Assembly: GCA_028702315.1 (NCBI GenBank)
Contig: JAQVPA010000001.1
Location: 1-54,254 of the forward strand
DNA from: Candidatus Margulisiibacteriota bacterium
GTDB taxonomy: Bacteria; Margulisbacteria; WOR-1; O2-12-FULL-45-9; XYB2-FULL-48-7
DNA length: 54,254 nucleotides
Reading direction: 5' to 3'
The notes below the pieces were generated by a model. It searched no databases. It saw only the letters and a list, made by a program, of their open reading frames with translations, and was not told the DNA's origin. The position numbers and the translations under genes are program-made. Positions 20,302-28,913 of this stretch are shown here, piece by piece (within the stretch, counting starts at the first letter, position 1; every line of letters starts with the position of its first letter).

Positions 20302-22425
20302 ATGTTATCCAATTCTATTTATAGCCAACCGATCGGGAAGGCGCGATCAAAGATCGAGCACGGTCCGATCGGCATCCCCGAAAAGGCAAGGAGCGCCCAT
20401 TATTCTGCCGAAGAAATAAAAGTAAAAATATTGGCCAAAAAGCGGCTAACGGCTTATTTTGTCCCTTTTGGGAACCAGGAGTTACCCGTCAAGCTTGACG
20501 CGGCGATCTCTGAAACGGCGCGCGCGATTTTTATAGCGCAATTTGCTAATCTGGGACGGCTCAATGATGCCGGCTTAACGGCGGCCGCGCTCCACGACGG
20601 AATAACGATCTGGTCGGTTGGACGTTCTCCCTCCCTGGTTCAAAAGATCGGCGCGAACGGCTTTGCGGTCAATAGTTTCTATTTTGATTTAACTGCTTTT
20701 TTGTTTTCAACTGCCCCGGTTTTTAAGACCAGGAAAACTTGCATCCAATATCCCCAGATCAAGTTAGCTGATGATTTCCAGATTGAATGGTATCCCCAAC
20801 CGTTCTGGCTGCCTGGTAAAACCAGATTTGTATTTCGGCCAGGACTTAATCAGGCGTTACAAGCGCTTGTTTTGCCTATTTTTGCCTCAGTTGTTCTGGG
20901 GGATTGTTCTTTAGAGCAATTTTTGGGGCGAGCACATCAGTTAATGACTATTTATGGCAAAAAAATTGACAAATTAGACGGTCGAGTTTCTGGGGCCACG
21001 TATCTGAGCGGGAGTTCGATGGATTTACCGCAACTGACGCGTGTTTTGTGGGAATATGTCGGGTCCTTTGTCTTTGACAGCTATTTTGCCGATCGCCTCT
21101 GGACGGCTTCTAATATCGAGAGACTCTGGCGCTATGATAACCAACGCCAGTCTTTTGACTTGCCTGATGAATATGCCGCCGAATCCGCTGATTTTCAACT
21201 CGGCTACCGGCAAGCGATCGAGATGATAAGGGATTGTTTTATGAGCGGGAGTGAGGCAAGAGAGGCAATGGCCAAAACGCAAAATGATCCAGCTTTAACC
21301 GACCAAAATAAATTAGGGCGACTTAGGGCATTCTGGGAATTTGCGAGAGGGGAAAAACGAATTTATGCGGGAAAACGGCAGGATGATTATTGGGACGACT
21401 ACTGCAACCTTTATGTGAGCCCTTATTCTTTGGTCAGCGAAAGGGTTAACGAGCGGCCCAACCGGCGACATTGTTATAATGTCTGGCGGCCGGGGGAGCA
21501 ACTGATAATTCGCGATGAAGCAACGGCAAATTATCGAAAATTGTCGGCTGTTTTCGGCCAATTAACGGTCGCGCGCTGGGGGCACGTCAACAGTGAAGAA
21601 CACCGGGAATCGCTTTATGAAGATGAGCGGCTCATCCCGAAAGCGGCTGATTTAGAACAATTGATAAATATTCTTTATCGGGATTTTGATCACGCCGACA
21701 TCCAAAACGCCGTGTTGGCGGTTATGCGAGGCTATGAAACCGAAAATGGCCAAAAGTTTGGGTATCGGCTCGATCTGGGGAAATATTCCAACCATGAAAT
21801 GATCGATCCGCTCCTCCGGCAGGAGCAAAGTATGTATAGGCAATCCCGGCCTTTTAGGGGTTTATGGATTGGCGATAGCGGGGTGCTTTGGGCGCACTGG
21901 CTGCTGGATCGAGAGGCTAAAAATTACGGTTATCCCTTGCCTTCGTTCGATCGGCTTTTAGGCCGGCCGGGCGAAAAATCTAAAATCATTCCCTATTATG
22001 ACGGAATGCAGTTGCTTGATAGCCAACCCTTGTTTTTTGATCCCGACTTTATGCGCATTATATCGGTTAAAGATGTGGCCTTATTCGATCGGATCATTGA
22101 CTTGTTAAAAAGCCAGCGCGCGCTGAATTACGGGGAATACGAGCAGAAGCGAAAGTTCGAATTTAACGGCGAAACAAAAGAAGTAATCTTGTTGGGGAGG
22201 GGAAAACTTGATTTGCTCGAACTTATTAAGTTGGCTTACCCGGAAATATTTGAACTGATCAAAGCCCGCGCCCCAGAGCTTGCTGCGCCACAGGGAATGG
22301 TGGCCAGACTGGTCTTTGACCAAACGAGTTTGGCGGCGGAAGGGAATCCGCCCGAGGTATTTAACGCTTTCTTGCTGGGTAAATTGAGGGTTGCGCCGGA
22401 AGGAACGCTTGTCCCCGCCGGTTGA
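20302..22425 (+). CDS. Hypothetical protein (707 aa), no recognisable domain
   Basis: Long uninterrupted ORF between rpsA and the polyamine cluster. Trp/Tyr/Arg-rich, with no TM segment or signal peptide. Confidence 0.7.
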   Translation: MLSNSIYSQPIGKARSKIEHGPIGIPEKARSAHYSAEEIKVKILAKKRLTAYFVPFGNQELPVKLDAAISETARAIFIAQFANLGRLNDAGLTAAALHDGITIWSVGRSPSLVQKIGANGFAVNSFYFDLTAFLFSTAPVFKTRKTCIQYPQIKLADDFQIEWYPQPFWLPGKTRFVFRPGLNQALQALVLPIFASVVLGDCSLEQFLGRAHQLMTIYGKKIDKLDGRVSGATYLSGSSMDLPQLTRVLWEYVGSFVFDSYFADRLWTASNIERLWRYDNQRQSFDLPDEYAAESADFQLGYRQAIEMIRDCFMSGSEAREAMAKTQNDPALTDQNKLGRLRAFWEFARGEKRIYAGKRQDDYWDDYCNLYVSPYSLVSERVNERPNRRHCYNVWRPGEQLIIRDEATANYRKLSAVFGQLTVARWGHVNSEEHRESLYEDERLIPKAADLEQLINILYRDFDHADIQNAVLAVMRGYETENGQKFGYRLDLGKYSNHEMIDPLLRQEQSMYRQSRPFRGLWIGDSGVLWAHWLLDREAKNYGYPLPSFDRLLGRPGEKSKIIPYYDGMQLLDSQPLFFDPDFMRIISVKDVALFDRIIDLLKSQRALNYGEYEQKRKFEFNGETKEVILLGRGKLDLLELIKLAYPEIFELIKARAPELAAPQGMVARLVFDQTSLAAEGNPPEVFNAFLLGKLRVAPEGTLVPAG

Positions 22426-22444
22426 CGTTTTTTAGGCGGACGTC

Positions 22445-22472
22445 TTGACAAACGGTTAAAACGACCTAAAAT
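22445..22472 (+). promoter_or_regulatory. Consensus promoter for the polyamine cluster with leaderless geometry
   Basis: TTGACA-16 nt-TAAAAT, then 7 nt to ATG 22480. Confidence 0.6.
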
Positions 22473-22479
22473 GGAGAGG

Positions 22480-22836
22480 ATGAATTTTTGTGAGCTCGGT
22501 TCCCACCTGATCCTCGACCTTTACGGCTGCCCAAAAGAGCAGCTGGCCGATGTTAATTGGTTGGCCGGGGTCCTCGAAAAATTTCCCGACCGGGTCGGGA
22601 TGACCAAACTGCTGCCGCCGCGCGTTTTCAGCTATACCGACGATGATTCTGACAATTGGGGGGTTTCGGGGGTGGTCCTGACCGCCGATTCGCATGTTTC
22701 GGTCCATACTTTCCCCGGCAAAGAACACGCTTTTATCGACATCTTCTCCCGCCGGGAATTTGACCTCGATCTTGCCCGCCGTGAACTACTGGGACTCTTT
22801 TCGGCCAAAGAACACGAAACCAGCCTCCTTCACTAA
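22480..22836 (+). CDS. Pyruvoyl-dependent decarboxylase of the class-1 AdoMetDC fold (SpeH-like; substrate uncertain)
   Basis: GSHLILDLYGC and GVSGVVLTADSHVSVHTFPG (processing Ser). IDIFSRR stands where AdoMetDCs have the Cys of ID(L/V)(F/Y)TCG. Confidence 0.8.
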   Translation: MNFCELGSHLILDLYGCPKEQLADVNWLAGVLEKFPDRVGMTKLLPPRVFSYTDDDSDNWGVSGVVLTADSHVSVHTFPGKEHAFIDIFSRREFDLDLARRELLGLFSAKEHETSLLH

Positions 22837-22842
22837 CGGATT

Positions 22843-23883
22843 ATGACTTCAAAATATTTAAAACATCCAACAATCCCCTTGCGGGTTAAAAAAGGAAAGC
22901 CAACTTCACAGCTGTTGGACGAAATGCTGGCGACCGGCTTTCAAGGGAAAACCTTAGCCGAGGCGTTTGCTATCTGGAAAATGATGCTCCGGGAGAAAAA
23001 TATTACCATTTGGCTCGGCCTTTCCGGCGCGATCGTTCCGGCCGGGATGCGGCGCCTCATTGCCTACTTGATAGAAGAACGATTCGTTGACGCCGTCGTT
23101 TCGACCGGAGCGCAACTCTTCCACGACGCGGCCGAAGCGCTTGGCGTGGTCCATTTCCGCGGTTCGGCCATGCTCGATGATAAAGCGTTGCTCAAAGAGG
23201 GGATCGACCGTTTTTATGATGTCCTGGTCCAGGAAAAATTGCAGCGGAGAGTCGACCGGCAGGTCCAGTTGTTTATCGAAGGGTTGGAACCCGGCCGGCA
23301 GTACTCATCCCGGGAATTCTTCTTTCTCCTCGGTAAACATTTATCCAAGAAGGCTGTCAATAAGGATTCCATTTTAATTAAGGCGGCCGCGGCCGGCGTG
23401 CCGGTCTTTGCCCCGGCGCTGGCCGATAGCTCCATCGGTTACTCTTTTGTCATGGCGCGGCAAAACAAAATTGTCCGGTATGTCGACCAGATCAAGGACA
23501 TTGAGGAAACCGCCCTGATCGCCGCCCGGTCAAAGAAATCGGGGGTGATCTACCTGGGTGGTGGCGTGCCCAAAAATTTTATCCAGCAGACCGAGCTCTT
23601 GAACCAGATCTTGGGGAGTAAATTGCGCGGCCATGAATATGCCGTCCAGTTGACGACCGATACGCCGCACTTCGGCGGGCTCTCCGGCTGTACTTTTACC
23701 GAAGCGCAGAGCTGGGGGAAGATCGCCGGGAACGCCAAAATGGCGCAATGTTTTTGCGACGTGACGATCGGGCTTCCGTTCCTGGCGCAGGCGCTCTGCG
23801 AAGAAGGTTCCCTGGCCCGAAAAAGAAACAAGCCGGTTTTTGATTGGAACGGCGATAAATTGAAAATAGGATATAAGCGGTGA
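22843..23883 (+). CDS. Deoxyhypusine synthase-like protein (possible homospermidine synthase)
   Basis: DHS-like GLSGAIVPAGMR, STGAQLFHD and GGGVPKNF. The catalytic-Lys motif SWGKI is retained. Confidence 0.85.
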   Translation: MTSKYLKHPTIPLRVKKGKPTSQLLDEMLATGFQGKTLAEAFAIWKMMLREKNITIWLGLSGAIVPAGMRRLIAYLIEERFVDAVVSTGAQLFHDAAEALGVVHFRGSAMLDDKALLKEGIDRFYDVLVQEKLQRRVDRQVQLFIEGLEPGRQYSSREFFFLLGKHLSKKAVNKDSILIKAAAAGVPVFAPALADSSIGYSFVMARQNKIVRYVDQIKDIEETALIAARSKKSGVIYLGGGVPKNFIQQTELLNQILGSKLRGHEYAVQLTTDTPHFGGLSGCTFTEAQSWGKIAGNAKMAQCFCDVTIGLPFLAQALCEEGSLARKRNKPVFDWNGDKLKIGYKR

Positions 23884-24698
23884 AGTTTTTAGAGATCGAA
23901 CCGGAATATTATAACTATCAAAGATCAAAGTTCGTCGTGCTCCCTTGCCCACACGAGGCGACGACAAGTTACGGCAAAGGGGCAAAGAATGGGCCCGCGG
24001 CCATCCTTAAGGCGTCCCAGCATGTCGAGACTTTTGATGAAGAACTTGGGTTTGAGCCTTACCGCAAGAGGGGAATATGCACGGAAAAGCCAATTTCAGT
24101 AGCAAGGGTCAAGGGGCAAGTAGCAAGAATTTTAAAAGACGGGAAAACGCCAATAATTATTGGCGGGGAGCACTCGATCACCCCTTTTGTAGTCCAGGTA
24201 ATGGCTGAAAAATATAAGGATCTGTCTGTTCTGCAGCTTGACGCCCATGCCGACCTGCGGGATACATATAAGGGGAACAAGAACAACCATGCTTGCGTCA
24301 TGAGAAGAGTTTTGGAAATCTGCCCGGCGGTCCAGGCCGGCATCCGGAGCATTTCGGCGGAAGAGTGGGAGTGGGCAAAGCAGGGAGGGCAGCTAAAAAA
24401 GATCCACTTTGCCGAGAAACTGGAATTAGTTGACAAGATCGAAGATCAATTGAGTAAAAATGTTTACATTACGATTGATGTTGATGTTTTTGACCCGTCC
24501 GTTATCCCTGCGACCGGGACCCCCGAGCCTGGCGGATTTTTCTGGCAGGAAGTTCTCGATATTTTAAAGGGAGTTTGTGCGGCCAAGAACGTGGTCGGTT
24601 TTGATGTCGTCGAACTCGCCCCGCGCCGCGGCGAGAACGCCCCCGATTTTACCATCGCTAAATTGATCTACAAGTTGATCGGCTACCTGGCGGCTTAA
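23880..24698 (+). CDS. speB: Agmatinase / arginase-family ureohydrolase
   Basis: GGEHSITP, LQLDAHADLRD, DVDVFDP and TPEPGG metal-binding motifs. The GTG start overlaps the upstream stop. Confidence 0.9.
   Translation: MKFLEIEPEYYNYQRSKFVVLPCPHEATTSYGKGAKNGPAAILKASQHVETFDEELGFEPYRKRGICTEKPISVARVKGQVARILKDGKTPIIIGGEHSITPFVVQVMAEKYKDLSVLQLDAHADLRDTYKGNKNNHACVMRRVLEICPAVQAGIRSISAEEWEWAKQGGQLKKIHFAEKLELVDKIEDQLSKNVYITIDVDVFDPSVIPATGTPEPGGFFWQEVLDILKGVCAAKNVVGFDVVELAPRRGENAPDFTIAKLIYKLIGYLAA
24101..24128. repeat. Four RGCAAGR heptamers inside speB
   Basis: AGCAAGG GTCAAGG GGCAAGT AGCAAGA. This is the same cassette and the same reading frame as in trpA. Confidence 0.7.
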
Positions 24699-24701
24699 GA
24701 G

Positions 24702-24821
24702 CCCTCACCCGCTAACGCTAAAAATTCCCCCCTCTCCCAAAGGGAGAGGGTAACTCCCTTTTTTGTTCCGAACCTTCTCCCTCTGGGAGAAGGGGGCAGC
24801 TTTTTGGCCAGCGGATGAGGG
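24702..24821 (+). repeat. Nested-hairpin repeat element, copy 1 (MITE/REP-like or structured RNA)
   Basis: Outer arms CCCTCACCCGCT / AGCGGATGAGGG. Inner hairpins are at 24730-24750 and 24773-24793. It aligns with the reverse complement of 44935-45055. Confidence 0.8.
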
Positions 24822-24886
24822 TTCCGGAAATTAAATAAAGTGAAATTTTCCGGAATGCCGGTCGATAAATACTTGGCAGGAAAAAC

Positions 24887-25153
24887 ATGAACAGCAGAGA
24901 TGTAGTTGTCAGAATAATTCAACCGGCGGAACAAGCCAAACCGCAAAAGATCGAATACTCGCCCCAGCCGGCAAAACAGGAAAAGAACCTTTCTCAAGCG
25001 ATCATCAATGGATTAGGTTTGGCGGCGATTGCTCTGCTTGGCCTTTATCTCGTTATCAGCTTTTTCAACCTCGGCATCAGCATTAACGATCTGGTAGTTA
25101 TGGTTGGCCTCCCCTTATCGGTCGGGCTGGTCGCCAGTTACGCGGTCATCTGA
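24887..25153 (+). CDS. Possible small membrane protein (88 aa)
   Basis: AGGA lies 6 nt before the ATG and there are two hydrophobic helices. It overlaps the rluD 3' end by 16 nt. I see no similarity to a known family. Confidence 0.4.
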   Translation: MNSRDVVVRIIQPAEQAKPQKIEYSPQPAKQEKNLSQAIINGLGLAAIALLGLYLVISFFNLGISINDLVVMVGLPLSVGLVASYAVI

Positions 25154-26082
25154 ACTATCCGCTTCATCTCGTCCGGCATCTCCGCCTTAAATTCCACTCT
25201 TTCGCCTGTTGTTGGGTGATTAAAGCTTAATTTGTAAGCGTGCAGCAGTTGTCCGGCAGCATTAAATTCATCTCTCTTTTTCCCATATGTCTGGTCGCCG
25301 ACCACCGGATGGCCCAGATGGCTTAGATGCACCCTGATCTGGTGGGTCCGCCCGGTCTTTATCTTTACCTCAAGCAATGAATATTTTGCCGCTCGCTTAA
25401 TGACCTTGTAAGTTGTTAACGCATCTCTTCCTCTTGACCCTTGACTCTTGCCCCCTGTCCTTTCGATGACGGCCATCTTCATCCGCTGGACAGGATGGCG
25501 GCCGATCCGCGCGTCAATTATTCCCGAGTTATTCTTTAGCGTTCCATGGACCAGCGCCAGATAGGTTTTTTCCACTGTCCGGTCTTTAATTTGCTTGATC
25601 AGGGAGCGATAAGCCTGGTCGGTTTTGGCGACAACGAGGACGCCGGAGGTATCCTTGTCGAGGCGGTGGACGATGCCGGGCCGGAGTGGAGCGCCAACCG
25701 TAGCTAGATGGTCACAGTGGGCGAGGAGGGCGTTAACCAGTGTTCCGCTCCGGTTGCCGGGGGCGGGATGGACGACCAGCCCTTTTGGTTTATTAATGAC
25801 GATGACATCATTATCCTCGAAAATAATATTAAGCGGAATATTTTCCGGTAGGGTGGCGTTCTCTGGCGGGGGTGGGATAACAATCTTGACCCGGTCGTCA
25901 TTTTTAATTTTGTAGCTCGGCTCCGCTGCTTGGCCGTTGACTGTTACCTGGCCATCCTCGATCAGCTTTTTAACGTGGGAGCGGGAAACATCGAGTTCGG
26001 TGATGAGCGACAGGAAGAGATCGAGCCTGGTCCCTTTCTGCTCGGGCCTAACGAAGAATTCGAATGTACTGCTCGAATTCAC
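25138..26082 (-). CDS. rluD: 23S rRNA pseudouridine synthase, RluD family
   Basis: S4 domain, HRLDKDTSGVLVVAK and GRTHQIRVH. Confidence 0.9.
   Translation of the reverse strand: MNSSSTFEFFVRPEQKGTRLDLFLSLITELDVSRSHVKKLIEDGQVTVNGQAAEPSYKIKNDDRVKIVIPPPPENATLPENIPLNIIFEDNDVIVINKPKGLVVHPAPGNRSGTLVNALLAHCDHLATVGAPLRPGIVHRLDKDTSGVLVVAKTDQAYRSLIKQIKDRTVEKTYLALVHGTLKNNSGIIDARIGRHPVQRMKMAVIERTGGKSQGSRGRDALTTYKVIKRAAKYSLLEVKIKTGRTHQIRVHLSHLGHPVVGDQTYGKKRDEFNAAGQLLHAYKLSFNHPTTGERVEFKAEMPDEMKRIVQMTA
25427..25454. repeat. Heptamer array inside rluD, same CAAG-family units on the coding strand
   Basis: Coding strand GGGGCAA GAGTCAA GGGTCAA GAGGAAG, encoding GKSQGSRGR. This lies in a loop about 9 aa longer than in E. 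coli RluD as I recall it. Confidence 0.6.
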
Positions 26083-26086
26083 GAAT

Positions 26087-26851
26087 TTAGGCCCTAATGT
26101 CCGAATATCGGAAATGCACTAATCCCCAAAGCCCGAATATAAGCATAATGATCGCCAGCCATTGGGAAGGAGTTAAGGCGAGCCAGTGGATCGGGCTGTA
26201 GCGCAAGAATTCGATCAGGAAACGGTAGAGCGCATAACCGACCAGCCCGGAAAAAAATATCTGGCCGGAGAACTTCTTATTTTTATAAAGCCAAAGCAAG
26301 CCGAGAAAAAGGATCAAGACGATCAGCGAAGAGTAAAGTTGGGTCGGGTGGAGCCGTTCATTCGGACAATAAAAGGCGGCGAGCGAACCTGACGGGAAAG
26401 TTATGCCCCAGGGGAGGTTGGTTGGCAGGCCGAAACAGCAGCCGTTAAAGAAACAGCCGAGGCGGCCGATAGCATAACCGAGCGCTGTCCCCGGCGTAAT
26501 CGCGTCAAGCAAGTTTAAGAGAGGGATATTTTTCTGCCGGGCGAAAACAACCACGGCTAGGATCGCAAGGAAGAGACCGCCGAGAAAGACCAGGCCACCG
26601 TTCTGGACCATGATGATCTCCAGCGGGTTGTGGAAGTAATAGGCCGGCTGGCCGAGGACGTAAAAGAGCCGGGCGCCGGCGATCGCGGCGAGAACGACGT
26701 ACAAAGCGAGATCGACGATCAGCTGGGCGGCGATTTTTTCCCGCTTCGCGTAGATCAACGAAAGAATGATCCCGACGGTAAAGCCGAGCGCGACAAACAG
26801 GCCGTAAGAGTGGAGCTCGAGCGCCCCAAGCTTAAAGAGGATTGGCTGCAT
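26087..26851 (-). CDS. lgt: Prolipoprotein diacylglyceryl transferase
   Basis: GRLGCFFNGCCFG. Start set at ATG 26851, which has a GGAGGG RBS 7 nt upstream. Confidence 0.9.
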   Translation of the reverse strand: MQPILFKLGALELHSYGLFVALGFTVGIILSLIYAKREKIAAQLIVDLALYVVLAAIAGARLFYVLGQPAYYFHNPLEIIMVQNGGLVFLGGLFLAILAVVVFARQKNIPLLNLLDAITPGTALGYAIGRLGCFFNGCCFGLPTNLPWGITFPSGSLAAFYCPNERLHPTQLYSSLIVLILFLGLLWLYKNKKFSGQIFFSGLVGYALYRFLIEFLRYSPIHWLALTPSQWLAIIMLIFGLWGLVHFRYSDIRA

Positions 26852-27287
26852 TCTCTTTCCCTCCAAATAATAGTTTATAGGCTAATAAAGCGACGCCGAG
26901 GTTGATGGCAATATCGGCCAGATTAAAGACCGGCCAGAAACCGACATCGATGTAATCAACAACGTAGGAACGAAAAAGGCGGTCAGCCAAGTTGCCCAGG
27001 CTCCCGCCCAAGATGAACGCGAGCGCTGTCTGGGTGAGACGGTCATTCTTTGGCAAACGATAATAGATATAAATCACCACAAAAGAAATTACCAGGTTGA
27101 TCGCCGCCAGGTAAGGGGAAAAACCGACAAACAGGGAAAAAGCGGCGCCGGTATTGCGCACATAAGTTAATTTGACTAATTGGCCGATCAGCGGGAGTGA
27201 CTGGCCGACCGTTAGATTGAGCGCAATAAGCGACTTAATTGCCTGGTCGAGGAGGGCAACAATAATGGCGATCAGATAAAACAACAT
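26832..27287 (-). CDS. lspA: Lipoprotein signal peptidase II
   Basis: NTGAAFS and FNLADIAI motifs with four TM segments. Confidence 0.9.
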   Translation of the reverse strand: MLFYLIAIIVALLDQAIKSLIALNLTVGQSLPLIGQLVKLTYVRNTGAAFSLFVGFSPYLAAINLVISFVVIYIYYRLPKNDRLTQTALAFILGGSLGNLADRLFRSYVVDYIDVGFWPVFNLADIAINLGVALLAYKLLFGGKENAANPL

Positions 27288-27290
27288 TAA

Positions 27291-27559
27291 TTAGCGGAGC
27301 TTGGCGCCCTGTTTGATATAGGCGTCCATGATCTTGAGAAGCTCGCCAACGTAGTAGCCGACAACCGGGAAATCGATCATCCTTGACAGGACCATCGTTA
27401 AAAGATAGACCACGACACCGAGGACGATCGTCAACCCGAGCGCCATTCCGAGCCCTTGCGCGATCCCGTTCAGAAAAGTAAAGAGAATGTAGCGCCACGG
27501 TTGATGCTTGTCGCGGCGGACGTTTTCCAGCGCCTCTAGCAACCGATTTTCGGTCTCCA

Positions 27560-27560
<1 letters not shown>
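27291..27560 (-). CDS. Small membrane protein (89 aa), possibly DUF5665-like
   Basis: FLNGIAQGLGMALGLTIVLGVVVYLL. Its start is coupled to the ahcY stop through a TAATG overlap. The family name is from recollection only. Confidence 0.6.
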
Positions 27561-28857
<1,297 letters not shown>

Positions 28858-28913
28858 TAAAACCGGAAAAACGGGTGAAATTTATCGCGTTTATTGACGA
28901 TAATTACATAGCG

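Noticed and set aside
24695-24997. 100-aa minus-strand ORF spanning the speB-downstream spacer
   Set aside because: Its sequence is the translation of the nested-hairpin repeat (…LSLWERGEFLALAGEGS) and it has no start context. The repeat explains the region better.
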